A stretch of DNA of 64,000 nt from Octopus sinensis (lineage: Eukaryota), in assembly GCF_006345805.1 (NCBI RefSeq), contig NC_042998.1:72478001-72542000 (forward strand), given 5' to 3'. A model generated the notes under the pieces. That model did no database searches, was not told the origin of the DNA, and worked only from the letters and a program-made list of their open reading frames with translations. This document shows, piece after piece, positions 1 through 13,569 of the stretch (its first letter is position 1; each line of letters begins with the position of its first letter). A program made the translations under genes and the position numbers.

Positions 1-589
1 AGAAATATGTACCAAAGAGAATATTAACCAAATTGTCATCCACTCTTTAATTCTTTAACATTTAACATTAACTACATAAAGCCTGAGTATCAAATATGTC
101 GTCCGATATTTAGAGAATCATTGCTAGCCATCTTTAAATAATTTTGACCTCAGATTGAGCTCTATCGTTGGTTAACAACACTCGATAACTATTGTAGACA
201 TGGAGGTTTACATGCACGGATATGACATCTATGTTATGATCTTTATTGATTTTCTGTAACCGAGTGAAAAGTATTAACAAATGTAATATACATAAACTAT
301 TTCTATTGATCAACGTTATAAACTTAATTTTAAGAGATAGATTTGAATGAATATAATGTATCAACGCATCAAATTCCAACTTCACATCTGACAACGATAA
401 TTTTCAACAGATATGGTGGAATTATCTGATACATGCACGTGGGAATTTATTTATTTACAAACGATAACAGGGAAAAAGCGGCCTACCATCTGGTACTGTG
501 ATATTGTCAACAACATAAATCCCTTTTTTATGTTTTAACTCGCAGAATTTATATATTTGTTATCGGTGAACGTATATAAATGCATAATA

Positions 590-690
590 TATGTATGTGT
601 GTGTGTGTGCGTATGTGTCTGTGCGTGCGTATGTGTGTGCGCGTATGTGTGTGTGTGTGCGTGTCTGCGTGCATGTGTATATACACAAAT
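590..690. repeat. Imperfect (TG)n microsatellite; one of dozens of (TG/CA)n and (TA)n tracts in the window
   Basis: Direct reading; it explains the overlapping VCVC/THTH ORFs. Confidence 0.95.
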
Positions 691-1261
691 GTGCTCGCAC
701 GTCGAGTTCAATTGTCTTCCGCGGAAAGTTTTTTTTTTTCAGTTGGTTACATAAGAAATGTTCACCGTTTTTCGGAATCATGTGACAAATAGTTCTATCC
801 AACCGTTCAGAGATTTAAAATGTCTTTTCATAGAACCTCATGTTAAATGTAACAGCATGCCATCCAGAAACAGCATGCCATCTTCAAATAAATTAGCTAT
901 TTGGTGCTTCACGATTACTTCTGCTGAGCATAATGCTGGAGTTAAGACTTACGTATCCCTATTTGCAGTTCAAAGAAATAGATTGCAGCTATGAGTTTAA
1001 AGTTATTTCTATTATTCCCGAAAACACAATAGAACACACAGATGTGTGTTTAGACATTAGTAGTTTAGACATTATGTAAATATACGTATATTTGTAATTG
1101 GATGTGTTAGATTGTGTATATAAATGTATACACACACCCACAAAAACATATACATTGAATGATACAAATTTTATGATAATTTTCCGAGCGAAGAATTTCC
1201 ATTAGTACAGCAGGGATATTGGATAAATTTCCACTCAAAAGGCGGGAAAAATTTGTCAGCA

Positions 1262-1332
1262 ACCAGTCATGAGACTCGAGCCCATATCTCTCTATGATTC
1301 TGGTGAGTGCTTTACCAATAAGCTAGACTAGC
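1262..1332 (-). pseudogene. tRNA-like sequence (tRNA pseudogene or SINE head)
   Basis: Reverse complement GCTAGTC TAGCTTATTGGTAAAGC ... ATGGG CTCGAGT CTCAT GACTGGT: the acceptor stem pairs, there is an A-box-like D arm and a T arm with a B-box-like loop; the anticodon arm is degenerate. Confidence 0.6.
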
Positions 1333-1404
1333 AGCTAAGAAATTCAACAGCGAATTTAGACGCTAAATAGCTAAGTGTACTACTACGTGTATAAATATAA
1401 ACAC

Positions 1405-1689
1405 GGGCGTATGGCGTAGTGGTTAAGAGCGCGGACTATTAACACCAAGGCTCCGAGTTCGATTCCAGGTAGCATCCTGAATAATAATATTATTAATAAT
1501 AATAATAATAATAATAACAACATCGAAAAATGCCTTAGGAATGAGAACCCAGGTTCGAAATTTCTCCAAGACACATGATGAAGTCTGGAGGGTATATCAG
1601 CCGAAACGTGTTAACAACAAACAAGATGAGAACTAACATCCGTCAATTGTAAATAATGTAAATAATTCCTTATCTCTTCAATATAGAAC
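1405..1689 (+). mobile_element. tRNA-derived SINE-like element (family D): tRNA head + (AAT)n + tail with a degenerate hammerhead motif
   Basis: A box TGGCGTAGTGG (1412-1422), B box GAGTTCGATTCC (1455-1466), (AAT)n at ~1480-1517, ATGATGA..GAAAC motif at 1571-1611. Confidence 0.75.
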
Positions 1690-3129
1690 AACGCAAAATG
1701 TGTTCCTGAATTATCTTTACAACATCCACAATTTGTTGTATGTATCAAATATAAGATGCATTGAATTAATCAGATATTTGTAATAGAAATGTGGCTTGTC
1801 GCCTATATTTTCCAATAAACTATGATGATATATCCTTAATTTTTCAGAATGTTTCAAATTTTTCAGTTAGATTATAGATACGCTATATCTCTATATATAT
1901 ACGCGCACGCACTCATACACACTCGTCCTTTTTACTATAGGTAAAAGGTCTGAAATTTTGTGCACGCATGTTTGTGTGTGTGTGTGTGTGTGTACTTGCG
2001 TGTGTGTGTGTGTATGTGTGTGTGTGACACTGTGAAACAATAATATACTCTACATATTGTACTTGAAAAAACAAAGGGTACATTTATGCATTTGTTATTA
2101 CGTGAGTAGGTGTACATACATGCATGCATACATATAAACGATCTGTTTCAAATATAAGAACATGCAAATATATGTGTTTCTGCGTGCGTGCGTGTATGTG
2201 ATGTGTTTATGTGATTGTGCAAGCGCGCATGCGTCTGTGTGTGGATGTCTTAGTGCTAAAGTGTGGTGACATTTAAATCCGTTTGTTCTGTAGGATTTAA
2301 TCATGTTGGATCAATATAGTGATTCACACCAACGAGAAAACGAATCACCTAATCGTCAGAAATGTATCACCCTCACCCCATATTGAATATATACTTACCC
2401 ACTCTCAAAAGAATAGGCATACATTAATATAGATATGTGTATCTGTCTGTTTAAATATCTATCGATCTCTCTGTTTGTCTGTTTGTCTCTTTGACTGTCT
2501 GACTGTCTCCCTGTTTCTCTGTGCGTCTCTTAATCTATCTGTATGTATGCATACGCACACAAGTATCTGATATTACATTTTGCAGTTAGATTTCCATGCG
2601 TTAATTCCGAGTCCCAAATGTCCGTGCAATATCACATCTCATCCGAACATATAAACACAATTCGTCATTACTGACAGCTGAAGTAGGGAATAAGTGAATG
2701 AAATGTATGTGTTTGTGTAACATGATGCAATCAAATATATGCAATGTTAACCTTACTACTGGAGCGTTTCAATATAAAATATCATGCGCCATTAGAGAAT
2801 ACTTAATCTTGCTTGCATGCATTTTATAATTGCAATGAAAACCGATACTTTCTTACAAAACTACTAACTATACTTGCGCATTATTTCTGCGAATGTTAAC
2901 AGTTAGTGGAAGATTTTCGATATTACTTTCAATGTTTCTCTTTTCACGCATATACTGTAAACAATTTGGGTAAATTTTGCCTTTTACGTTCTCTTCAAGT
3001 TATAAATGACATTCCGTTTCAGATATTCTAAGTTACAAATAGAACTGTATAACAATCGTCATTTATATTACATTAGAGGATACTCATAATTTCATTACAT
3101 GTATTCAATAATATAAAGTAATAAAAACT

Positions 3130-3279
3130 CAGTGATATATGCGTGTGCAACTATATATCTATACATATATGTGCGTGTATTCTATTTATTTGTGTGCGAG
3201 TGTGTGTGTGTGTGTGAATATACATACTCACGCACATATATAATTTTGTATGCATATATATATGTGTGTGTGCCTGTAC

Positions 3280-3322
<43 letters not shown>

Positions 3323-3373
3323 CATACATATTTATACATATATGCATATACGTGCATACATACACGTATACAT

Positions 3374-3417
<44 letters not shown>

Positions 3418-3421
3418 ACAT

Positions 3422-3486
<65 letters not shown>

Positions 3487-3545
3487 ACAACAACACACAG
3501 ACATATATATATAAATATATACACACAAACATATATGTTCAAATA
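3130..3545. repeat. Compound (TA)n/(CA)n microsatellite
   Basis: Direct reading. Confidence 0.95.
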
Positions 3546-5651
3546 CACATGAACGGCTGGTCTCATATTTCTCTAGAGAACAAAATGTCAATAATAAAAA
3601 ATATAATGAAATCTAGTTAAATTGTAGTAATATAGACAAGACATGTAATCGATGATTATACTTGCGTGTCATTATGACTGTGCGACTAAATAGGTATGCG
3701 TTTATGTGCCATGTAACCTGACGAAACAGGAAAGGTAGAATTTTAAGAGCAACGGAGAAAGATAGCGATAGGCAGAAAGAACGTTGAGCAATAGAGGAGA
3801 CAACAGAAAGACAATGAATGAAACATAAAAGAATGAAGTTGTCACCATATTATTCAGACAATATCATGCGGTACTCGTAAGTGGGGATGAGGTATTAGAG
3901 ATAATAATGCTGCAGACCGAATGGAGGATAGTAATAAAAGTACAAATGCTATATATTAAGATAAAGAGGATAGGCAGAGAGAGAAGGTGGGAGATGAGAA
4001 CGGAGGAGAAAGACCTAATTCTGTTTATCGCCAGAATAATTATACTGATGTAATCAAGAGCGAACACTATATACTCGGAGAGGTCATTCCAGCTTCTAGA
4101 CATTTCAGTCATAACTCCCGCAACAAGTAAACGTTTGTAAAGAGATAACAACATGCATACTATCAAGGTTGGAATGTTGCGCATCATAGGCCTGCCACGC
4201 TAGGGCTCAACTACTTCCAAGGCAACATAATAATAATGATAAATACCAAGCTAGTACATTGATGCAGTGACTAAAATTTCCGATTATATAACATGTGATC
4301 CCATTAAAAAAATGATATTCTGTTCTAGATTACTATGACATGTCAAGTTTGACATTCGATTTTAGCTTCTGACAAATCATATGCAGAAAAACGCAAAATG
4401 TTTAGCAGTGATTAACAGATGGTAGTGATTTTTAATGGCGAATTACAACTTGTCTGCGAAAATAAATTATGAAGACACATTTTATTACTTTTTAGAATTA
4501 ATTTTACATCGAATTGTCAACTGGAAATGACTTTATTTTTTCAATAATTCCCGAAATAAATAAATCAAATACAAATATCAAATCACATACACACGCAAAC
4601 ACACACACACATTCACACATACATGAGGCCTAGTTACTAGGCCTCATGAGCATTAAACGTATAAGGATCTTGGTTGTAATTGTTCTTTCCGGAAATCTAA
4701 TCTATTTGAATTCGGATAAAGTAAACATTACAGGGTGAAATAGATATGCAACAAACCTATCAGTGATCAGAGTATAATATCCATTGCTCTGCGTACATAT
4801 AAGCAATCATATGCACTGTTCCATGCATAAATCAAATTGAAGCCAAAGACGTGACTTTAAATCATGGGTTATAAAAATTCTATAAACAAGTTGACCCTGT
4901 GCCGTCAAACATAACGTCTAATTGTACGATTTAATGTATAATTAAGGTACACAACCAAATTTTTAGTTTACTAATTCTTTTATTAACGATTTTTTTCACC
5001 GTAGAATTTCAGCTTTGTCCGAATATGATTTGTCAAACTTTACATGTCATAGCAATCTAGAACAGAGGATACCATTTTTTGGATGATATCACATGTTATA
5101 TAACCGGCAATTTTAGTCACCGCATCAATGTACTAACTTGGTATTTATCATCACACTACCAGTTTGCCATCACCCTTCCTCCCTTATTCATCTATCACCC
5201 CTTCCTTTCTCATTCGTATGTTGCGTAGGAGAAAAACATAAAAGTATTATTATAATATCACTTTCATATATCAATTTCAAATGATTTAGGAAAGTTACGG
5301 TAAAGATTTTCATTTGAAATTTGTTACGACATTGGATTGCTATCAGCAATGGTAGGCTTAAACTGGTGCTTATAGTAATAATATTGCATCTTTCAATAAG
5401 TGAGTTGTGTTCACCAGCTGACTTAAATATCTTTCCCGCTTTCCACAAATTTCCCGAAGCAATAAAATGTGCGTAATTTATTACACAACATAAGGATTTC
5501 AAATATACACACAGGCGCAAACACATGCACAAATACACACACACACTTCTGTGTGTGTTCTTGTATGAGTGTATGTATGTATTCATATGTATCAAATTTT
5601 TGTGTTTTTCGAAATTCAGTTTTCAAATTATACTTTTATTCAAACTCTACA

Positions 5652-5945
5652 GCCGTAGGATCAACTAAAAAGTTTAAGCAACGGTATGCCGCTCACCTCC
5701 ATACTTTTAGATACGGTAAACATAGTAAATCTACAACACTCGCCAACCACATACATCATCTCAAAAATAAAAATATACCCCATACACTATCATGGTCACT
5801 ACTGGATTCATGGCTTCCCTACTGAAGTCAACTCTCAACCTGCAACCTTTGCCTGAAGGAGGCGCTTCATATATTAAAGCACAACTCTCCAACACTGCTA
5901 AATAAACATAATGAGGTACTAAGCATATGCAACCACCGCTTTTTT
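5652..5945 (+). mobile_element. Penelope-like element, decayed C-terminal GIY-YIG endonuclease fragment
   Basis: VGSTKKFKQRYAAHLHTFRYGKHSKSTTLANHIHHLKNKNIPHTLSWSLL, then after a frameshift CNLCLKEALHI...LLNKHNEVLSICNH, the typical PLE endonuclease C-terminus. Confidence 0.7.
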
Positions 5946-8465
5946 TTTCACGCATTCAAACTATAACACTAATCCAAATGCCTAAATGACCATACTGTAT
6001 ATTTCCACAATACCCTTAGGTAATCCCAATAACCTTATAAATTTACATTCTAACTCCTAATGCCTATCTAATTCCTCTTTCATACTCGAATATCACAATC
6101 AATTAATTATATTTGTATGTACCTGCTAACGTACATATGTACGTGTGTGTGTGTGTGTGTGTGTGTATGCAAGGTATATATACCTGCGTGTGCAGAGGTA
6201 ACAATACATACAGTTACACGTATATGGGTGTACATATATACAAATGTATATGAGTACGTGTTGAATGTGTAGGTGTTGATATGTATAAATATCTATATAC
6301 ATGTTTAATATATGCATGTGCATACAGCTTCACACACACACATATATATATATATATTCTTCTACTACTAAGCCCCAACCTGTCCTCTAACCAACCTAAC
6401 CTGTATTCCCAAATTCTTCACTCGACCATTTTACTACCTCTACCCCTTCTCTCTGCCACTTACTTAGGATCTATCACTATATACCTGACATTCACACCTT
6501 TCTCTCTATATGACCATCACCCCCGTTCCTTCTACCAATTTATCTTGACTGACCACTAACCAGTACTTTTTCCTTCTCTTCATTTCTTTATTATCTCTCT
6601 CCCCGCTGTTCCTCTTTCTTTTTTCTTTTTTTTTCTTTTTCCTCTCTTTCTGTTTTTGATTTGACCTTACAAATACATTCCCAACAAGAATAGTTATTAC
6701 ACTCTTCGACAAGGAATGGTTTGCATTGCGTCTAAACGTATTCAATAAGCTTGCAAAAATACTTGTTATCGAGTAACCCTTAAAGAAGTAATCCTCTCTA
6801 CGCATTACTCCATAACTCGTGTTATGACATCATCGGTATATGTATAGCATTTACGCTATTCTTAATAAAGTAACAATGATGTTTTCAGAGATCCATAAAG
6901 CATTGCTATTATTCCTAAGCATTAGAAACGATAGTACCGTAATGATGATACTGGTTTCTCATATCAAATATTATTCACTGTGCTGCCTCCACCACAGATG
7001 GTGAAGTTGCCTTCACCTTAGCTTAAAGATAGATGTCTACCCGCAACTCAGTTTTGCAATTATCTCAAGTATTTTGTTGGAAAAGGGTCACCTATATTTA
7101 AGTTTCATTCATTGTCCTGCTTAGTTCTTGCAATACTCCCAAACTTGTTACTTCAGTGCATATTCAAGACATCATGCTTGATTTCATGTTAGTTATAGCA
7201 CATACCTGTGATTTTTATATAGTAAGCACATCTATGAAAGACTACATGCACATACAGATGCGAATAATCAAACCCACCAAAACTTACATAGACGCGGTCT
7301 CTTAAGTATAATGTTTATGGCCTAGTGAATAGTGCATTGGTTATATAATCACGAATTTATAATGTTACTATGCTAAACCCAATGGAAGAATTAATATCAT
7401 CTTCTTTTGTTTCCATTAAAAGAAAAGCAGATAAGGTAATTATTTTATTATTATTTAATTATTCTATTATTAATAAATTTCTTCGGAAATACCTATTTAA
7501 ATTAAAATCCAGTTTGCTTCTAGTACATTTAAAGTATGTTATGTGAAATGTAGTGGACGCAATAATTATTTTTGGATAGGGTTAGATATTTTGATTTAGA
7601 AAATCGATTGACGTCAAACTATTCCTCAAATGTGTTGACTCTTCACTCTATCTTCTCTAACGCTATTCGAGTGGCATCTGCCTTTTGGAAATGCTGTCTT
7701 TCGTTGGATCCCACCCAAGCCATTATAACTCACTCAATGCTGCTTCTCTTGCGACATATGGAGTTCTGGATTTTCTTTATTGTAACTGGCAATTTCACTT
7801 ATTGATGTGGTAAATTCACTGTGCTGATCTTAGCGATGTCAAAACTCCAGGGATAAAAAAACATTTCTACTGACAAAAACCAATAAAAACATTTTTCTAA
7901 TCTTTTGGGGATTTTGAATTTCGTCAGCATTGATTGAAATTTCATTTATCCGCAGTCGATAAAATAACTACCTGTCAAGTATTAGGATCGATGATATTGA
8001 TTTGTTCGCTCCAAGAAAATTTGTTTGGAGTCTGATGATTATTTTCAAGTTATTAGTCTTCTTATTTTCACTATGATTTTCTTTGAAATATTTTCAAATA
8101 TTGTCAGACTCTGATGCCTTCTTAGCTTTATAATTTGTAAATTTATTTCCAGCCATGACAGTCAAAACTTTATAGGAATTAGGAGTAGATTATGCATTAT
8201 AATCAATTGCCTCTCTTCACCCCAAAATTTAGTCTTTTCATAATATCTTATATCTAACGCCTCTCAAAATATTAAAAACGAGCTATAAGCATTTCAGCGA
8301 TTATAGGAATATACCATCCCTTACAATTTCTGTGACTACAACAGCTGACAAGACTAGATTATGTTTAGACACTGCCTCACGTTTAGAACTAATGCTCTTC
8401 TTTCGACTTATATAGATATTCTATCTTCCGTCAATCATTTACCATATCACACTCTCTCTCTCTTT

Positions 8466-8473
8466 TATCTATC

Positions 8474-8554
<81 letters not shown>
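8466..8554. repeat. (TATC)n tetranucleotide microsatellite
   Basis: Direct reading. Confidence 0.95.
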
Positions 8555-8556
<2 letters not shown>

Positions 8557-9235
8557 TAGGTTTCAAGTGCCCCAATATTACAATTCATAGAAAAGCAGTT
8601 GTACAAAACCTTACAACCATTTCGGAGAAAGCATTTGTATTGAGGGAATATAAATGCTGCGCTGCAACAAAGGATTTCCATTTTTCTTATTATAACATCT
8701 CATTAAAGATTTTTTCATTTCTAAGAATCTCACCATTTGACAATTTCTTGTATAATATATATTAGTGAATTGTTCATTGTATTAAGTAAATATCCATATT
8801 TTGATTCCTGCCTCGCTTATATCACGAAATATCGTAAAATTTAACATACGTTACAGCAGGGGCAATTCTGTTTGTGTTTGCCGAGGTAATAAGTGTATAA
8901 TTTTCCGTTCTATAATGAAAGCCACATTTCGTGGAGAATTGCATTTAATAAAAGTTAATCCCTAGAAGATTTAATGTAACGGTGTAGTCATGATTTATCA
9001 TATGTTCGGATTATTTCCATTCTGTGTGGTAACCCAATGTAGGGAACTGTATTTTTCCTTTTACGGGATGTTATTGCGTGGTGTGTTCTTTGGTCTGAAA
9101 TAGCATATTGAATCAAAAATGTTTGTAACGAGGAAGACTCGATTTTGTCATTCAGAAATATAAAAGTGCGTTAACTTCACTTAAATATTGTTTCTCATAT
9201 AATGTCAACATTTTCTTCGCTCGAAACTGCGACTT

Positions 9236-10064
9236 GGTCAGGATCTCTTCAGTTTAGCTCACAGATTTTAAAATTATTTGTTTTAAACAAAGCAGTTTGA
9301 AACTTCGTATACTGGTGTAATTTCTCACGCTAAACATGGTTTACTTTCAGCACTTTTGACAAACTTTCGTAGTTTAGAGGGTATTTCCTGTATTCAGCTG
9401 AAGAAACCTATTGCTACTTACAATAGTAATCGGAGAACAGCAACATCCGGATCAACTTCACTAACTGTCACCATTCTGTTCTTTTTTATTTTTTGCTTAC
9501 TGCCTGTGATGCATATTACAGGTTTTCCTTTTTTTCGATCGCCTCTTTGTACGAATGGTGAATATGCAAATGTACAAAGAGACGATCGAAAAGGAATCAA
9601 AGCGTGTAGTAGTATGCAACACAGGCAATAAAAAAATAAGCTACAACAGATTGATGAAAATAATCATACTGATGAAAATAATCAACACTGCCAAATGTAC
9701 AAAGACGCGATGGAAAAGCCAAATAAAGAAAAGCATGTAGTATGCAACACAGGCAGTAAGCAGAAATAAAATAGAACAGAATGGTGACATTTAGTAGAAA
9801 TTACTCGGAAGTTGTTGCTCTCCGATCACTATCGCAAACAGCATTAGGTTTCTTCAGCTGAATACCCGTCGTTGATTTGCTAAAATTAACCAAATATTAC
9901 AATTTTAACAGTAACTTCTAAAATACGAAATTTTGTCAAAATTGTTGAAAGTAAACCCTGTTCAGCGTGAGAAATTACACCAGTATATGAAGTTTCAAAC
10001 TATTTAATTAAATAAAAAGCGTAATTTAAAAATCTGTGAGCTATACGGAAGAAATCCCCTGATC
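9236..10064. mobile_element. Fold-back/MITE-like element with diverged inverted arms of ~320-370 bp
   Basis: ~9236-9558 is the reverse complement of ~9696-10064, e.g. CTGGTGTAATTTCTCACGCT / AGCGTGAGAAATTACACCAG and TATTCAGCTGAAGAAACCTA / TAGGTTTCTTCAGCTGAATA. Confidence 0.75.
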
Positions 10065-10139
10065 AGTGACAAACGTGTGCTGTTACTGATTCCATTTATA
10101 TATCGAGATTTATATACATGTTGGGATATTCCCTATACT

Positions 10140-10364
10140 GGCGAACTGGCAGAATCGTTAGCACGTTGGGCGAAATGCTTAGCGGTATTTCATCTGCCGC
10201 TACGTTCTGAGTTCAAATTCCGCCGAGGTCGACTTTGCCTTTCATCCTTTCGGGGTCGATAAATAAAGTACCAGTTTCGCACTGGGGTCGATGTAATCGA
10301 CTTAATCCCTTTGTCTGTCCTTGCTGTCCCCTCTATGTTTAGCTCCTTGAGGGCAATAAATAAA
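10140..10364 (+). mobile_element. tRNA-derived SINE family A, near full length
   Basis: GGCGAACTGGCAGAATCGTTAGCA head, B box GAGTTCAAATTCC, central GACTTTGCCTTTCATCCTTTCGGGGTCGATAAA domain, A-rich tail; several copies in the window. Confidence 0.9.
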
Positions 10365-10634
10365 TATATACTGTTGATTTGTTTTTGCTATCAAAGGTCA
10401 GTCGTTCTGATTGGGTGCTCATTCGGGTCGGTTATCAATGACTTTTGGTATCTAGCTATCTCCAAAAGCAACCATATGTGGTAGCACCAACAGTCGCCAG
10501 TCAAATTTCCCATGTGTATCTTTTGTATATTCTTTCTTTTGCCCATTCTCTCTTCATTTGACATTTATAAAGACGATTACTATATGAGTCAAGAGATTAA
10601 AGGTTTCAAGATGAGGCCTTTTGGAGAGGGCAAG

Positions 10635-10737
10635 TCAGAGTAGCTGTTGCAATAGTAATAGTCGCAGCAGTAGTTGTTGTGGTTATAGAAATATTTCTGG
10701 TAGTAGGAGTAGCGGTACTGGCAGAAGTCGTGGTTAT

Positions 10738-10772
<35 letters not shown>

Positions 10773-11200
10773 TAGCTCTAGTAGTAGTTCTAGTAATAGT
10801 AGTAGTAGCAGTAGTAGTAGTAGTAGTAGTAGAGGCAGTAGAAATTATTGTTCTACTAATTGTAGTAGTCTTAATCGTAGTAGCAGCAACAGTAGTGGTA
10901 GCTGTAGTAGCAGTGATGTTTCCGGAAGCGGCAGTGCTAGCGGTAGATGCAGTAGTAGTATCGGAAAGGGAAATAGCAGTCTCAGTGGTAGTAGTAAACT
11001 TGTACATATATGTAATAACAATGCTAGTAATTATAGTGATGTTAACAATTATAAAATTGACAAAGATAATAATAATAATTTTACTGCTACAACTATATCC
11101 ACATATATGCTACAACAACCACGAGCTCTACCACTACCGCAGCTGCCACTGTCGTGAACAATACTATAACAATAACAACTACTGCTGCTACTAGTACTAC
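10635..11200. repeat. Cryptic (AGT/AGC)n trinucleotide region followed by an (ACT/AAT)-rich stretch
   Basis: Direct reading; it produces the poly-S/V/T ORFs. Confidence 0.9.
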
Positions 11201-11260
11201 TATTTTAATTTTGACATAGGGCCAACCGTTTCCGACTGTAGGTGACAGGCCAATTACTTC

Positions 11261-11410
11261 GACCGCAGTACTTCAATGATACTTATTTTATCGATTCCGA
11301 AAAGATGAAAAACAAAAGTAACCTAGGCGGAATTTGAATTCAGAACGTAAAGACCGACGAACCGCTCATCAGTTTGTCCAGCGTGCCAACGATTCTCATA
11401 GTTCACCACC
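11261..11410 (-). mobile_element. SINE family A, diverged copy
   Basis: Reverse-complement match to the 10140 copy (GGCGGAATTTGAATTCAGAACGTA; TTTATCGATTCCGAAAAGATGAAA). Confidence 0.75.
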
Positions 11411-11491
11411 TCACAAAAGGCTTTAGAACGAAGGGAAGAGGAAAAAGAGAAAGGAAGTGGGGTTGGGAAAAGAAGAAATCTGAAGGGTAAC

Positions 11492-11620
11492 ATGCCTAGC
11501 GACATTTCTGTCGCCTGGGAGTTCTGAGTCCAAATTCCGCGGAGGTCGACTTTGCCTTTCATCGTTTCGGGGTCGATAAAATTAGAACTATTTAAACACT
11601 AAGGCCGATGCAATCGACTA
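11492..11620 (+). mobile_element. SINE family A, 5'-truncated copy
   Basis: GTTCTGAGTCCAAATTCCGCGGAGGTCGACTTTGCCTTTCATCGTTTCGGGGTCGATAAA. Confidence 0.8.
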
Positions 11621-11792
11621 GCCTCGTCACCGACAAAATTTATCTCTGATTTTCTCTGCGACCTGTTTACATAGTTTACATGAGTTACTTTACTTCGCTG
11701 CAGTGAGGAAGCTTAAGCTAAGGTTCCGTGAATGAATTCAGGCGCATGAATACAGAGCCAAATACACAACACAAACGCCCATGCAAAACTCA

Positions 11793-11797
<5 letters not shown>

Positions 11798-11867
<70 letters not shown>

Positions 11868-11930
11868 GCACAAACACACACACACAGGGACAGACACAGA
11901 CACACACACATACACACACATATACACACA
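11798..11930. repeat. (CA)n microsatellite
   Basis: Direct reading. Confidence 0.95.
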
Positions 11931-13569
11931 CTCATACTTTCTATCTCTCTCTTTCTCCCTCGCTCTTTCACTCCCTCTATCTCACGCACGCGTACACATG
12001 CATAAATACACACACACACACGCACACCGGGTGCGGGCTTTTGAGGTTTTGTTAGTGATACCAGAGTAAGTAATAACATTTTCGATTAAGTAAAATTAGC
12101 CCGATCAGGAAACTTTTGTCACGTATTTCCTGTCATTTCAAAGGTCTAAACATGCAAGAATCTCCATTAAATCGTCACATTTGGCGATCCAAGTTAAGAA
12201 ATATAAACCGGTTACTAGCATTACAATTTACCTTCACAAGTTAAACTGGATCACAGGATTCATATCATCAAATCTCCAATTAACTCCTGATGCCTTTCCA
12301 CATATTCCTCATATCTACTCCAGTGACAAATTCTTGTGATAGAGCAATATTGCACCTACCGATAATGCTATCAACGATGAAAAATTATTTACGAAGACTG
12401 TAAGCACAATTCTACATCTGTTTATCTTCAAGTAGTGTACCACATCATATACTCTTATTGAGGTAAATGATCCCCAGATATTTTTTGTAATGGGAATTCT
12501 CCACAGCAGTGCAGCAGATCAATGATTTTATATAGGCAGTATCATTATATCAATGAGAAACATATGCACTGGTTCTATTTCACTTGCTTTGTTGCATTTC
12601 GTGAGCTCGCTACCAATTTATCTGTTAACTAATGGATTGCTTTATAAATTCTTCGGTCAGTCAGTCAGCTAGTTGCACTAGAGTTCTGTCATGCTCTCAT
12701 CTGATCTAGACCTATTTGTCAGTCATAATAAAAAGCGAAATATTCTTAGCTACACCCAAACATCATGCTCTTGTTTCAAGATTAGAATAACCACCCAACA
12801 ACATCGCTTCATAAGAATGCATAAACACTAAGCCAGATATGAATTCCATAAATTCAGCTGTAATAAACTTAACTTTATGGTATGAATCTTAAAGCGCACA
12901 ATACAACAAAATATCAGCAAGCAAATATATACAAATCCACTAGAGTGACACGAAAATTGAGCATACTGTAGTAAATTGGAAGCATTTTCACACCACTATA
13001 GAAAACAAAGCTTATGGAAGTCATTCAACATGTATACTTATACATAACCCATGCCTATAATACAGACTCTAACAGCAAATTAAAGTGAATCAACAATAGT
13101 CACAGCTTAGCAGAATTAAAAGAAAATATCCCGATGACATTGATAGAATTAATATCTCCGACTGTACTCTGGGAAGTAGACAGGCCTGGATTACAAGAAA
13201 ATATTTAATATAACACGCAGTCAAAGAACACCATCACAAAATATGACACTGTACAACGGGATAAATAACAGTAAAACCAGTCATAGCGGTAGCCACAAAA
13301 TTCATGTAAAAATAGACCCAACCTAAACCCTAATGCGTGGTGGCGATATTACCAAAAGCAAGAACAAAAGTACTAGTGATGATACTACTGGTGGAAGTGG
13401 TAGTAGAGATACTGATAATAGTGACACAAGCAGTAGTGGTGGTGGTGGTAGTGGTAATAATAGGTATGATGTAACAATGGAAAATATAAAAGAACTAAAA
13501 CCAGATCTCACTGAATTAATTACGTAGCTTCTAAGACGATTGAAACCAGTTGTATGCCTATGGCTCATT

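Noticed and set aside
3715-3735. CCTGACGAAACAGG contains CTGACGA and GAAAC
   Set aside because: The two motifs overlap and leave no room for stem II; chance match
3864-4200. Minus-strand ORF with faint similarity to a LINE C-terminus (SRSWNDL)
   Set aside because: Too decayed to call without a profile search
6694-6745. Possible hammerhead downstream of the 5.7-kb Penelope fragment (TCGACAAGG..AAACGTA)
   Set aside because: Stems I and II cannot be paired convincingly and GAAA is missing
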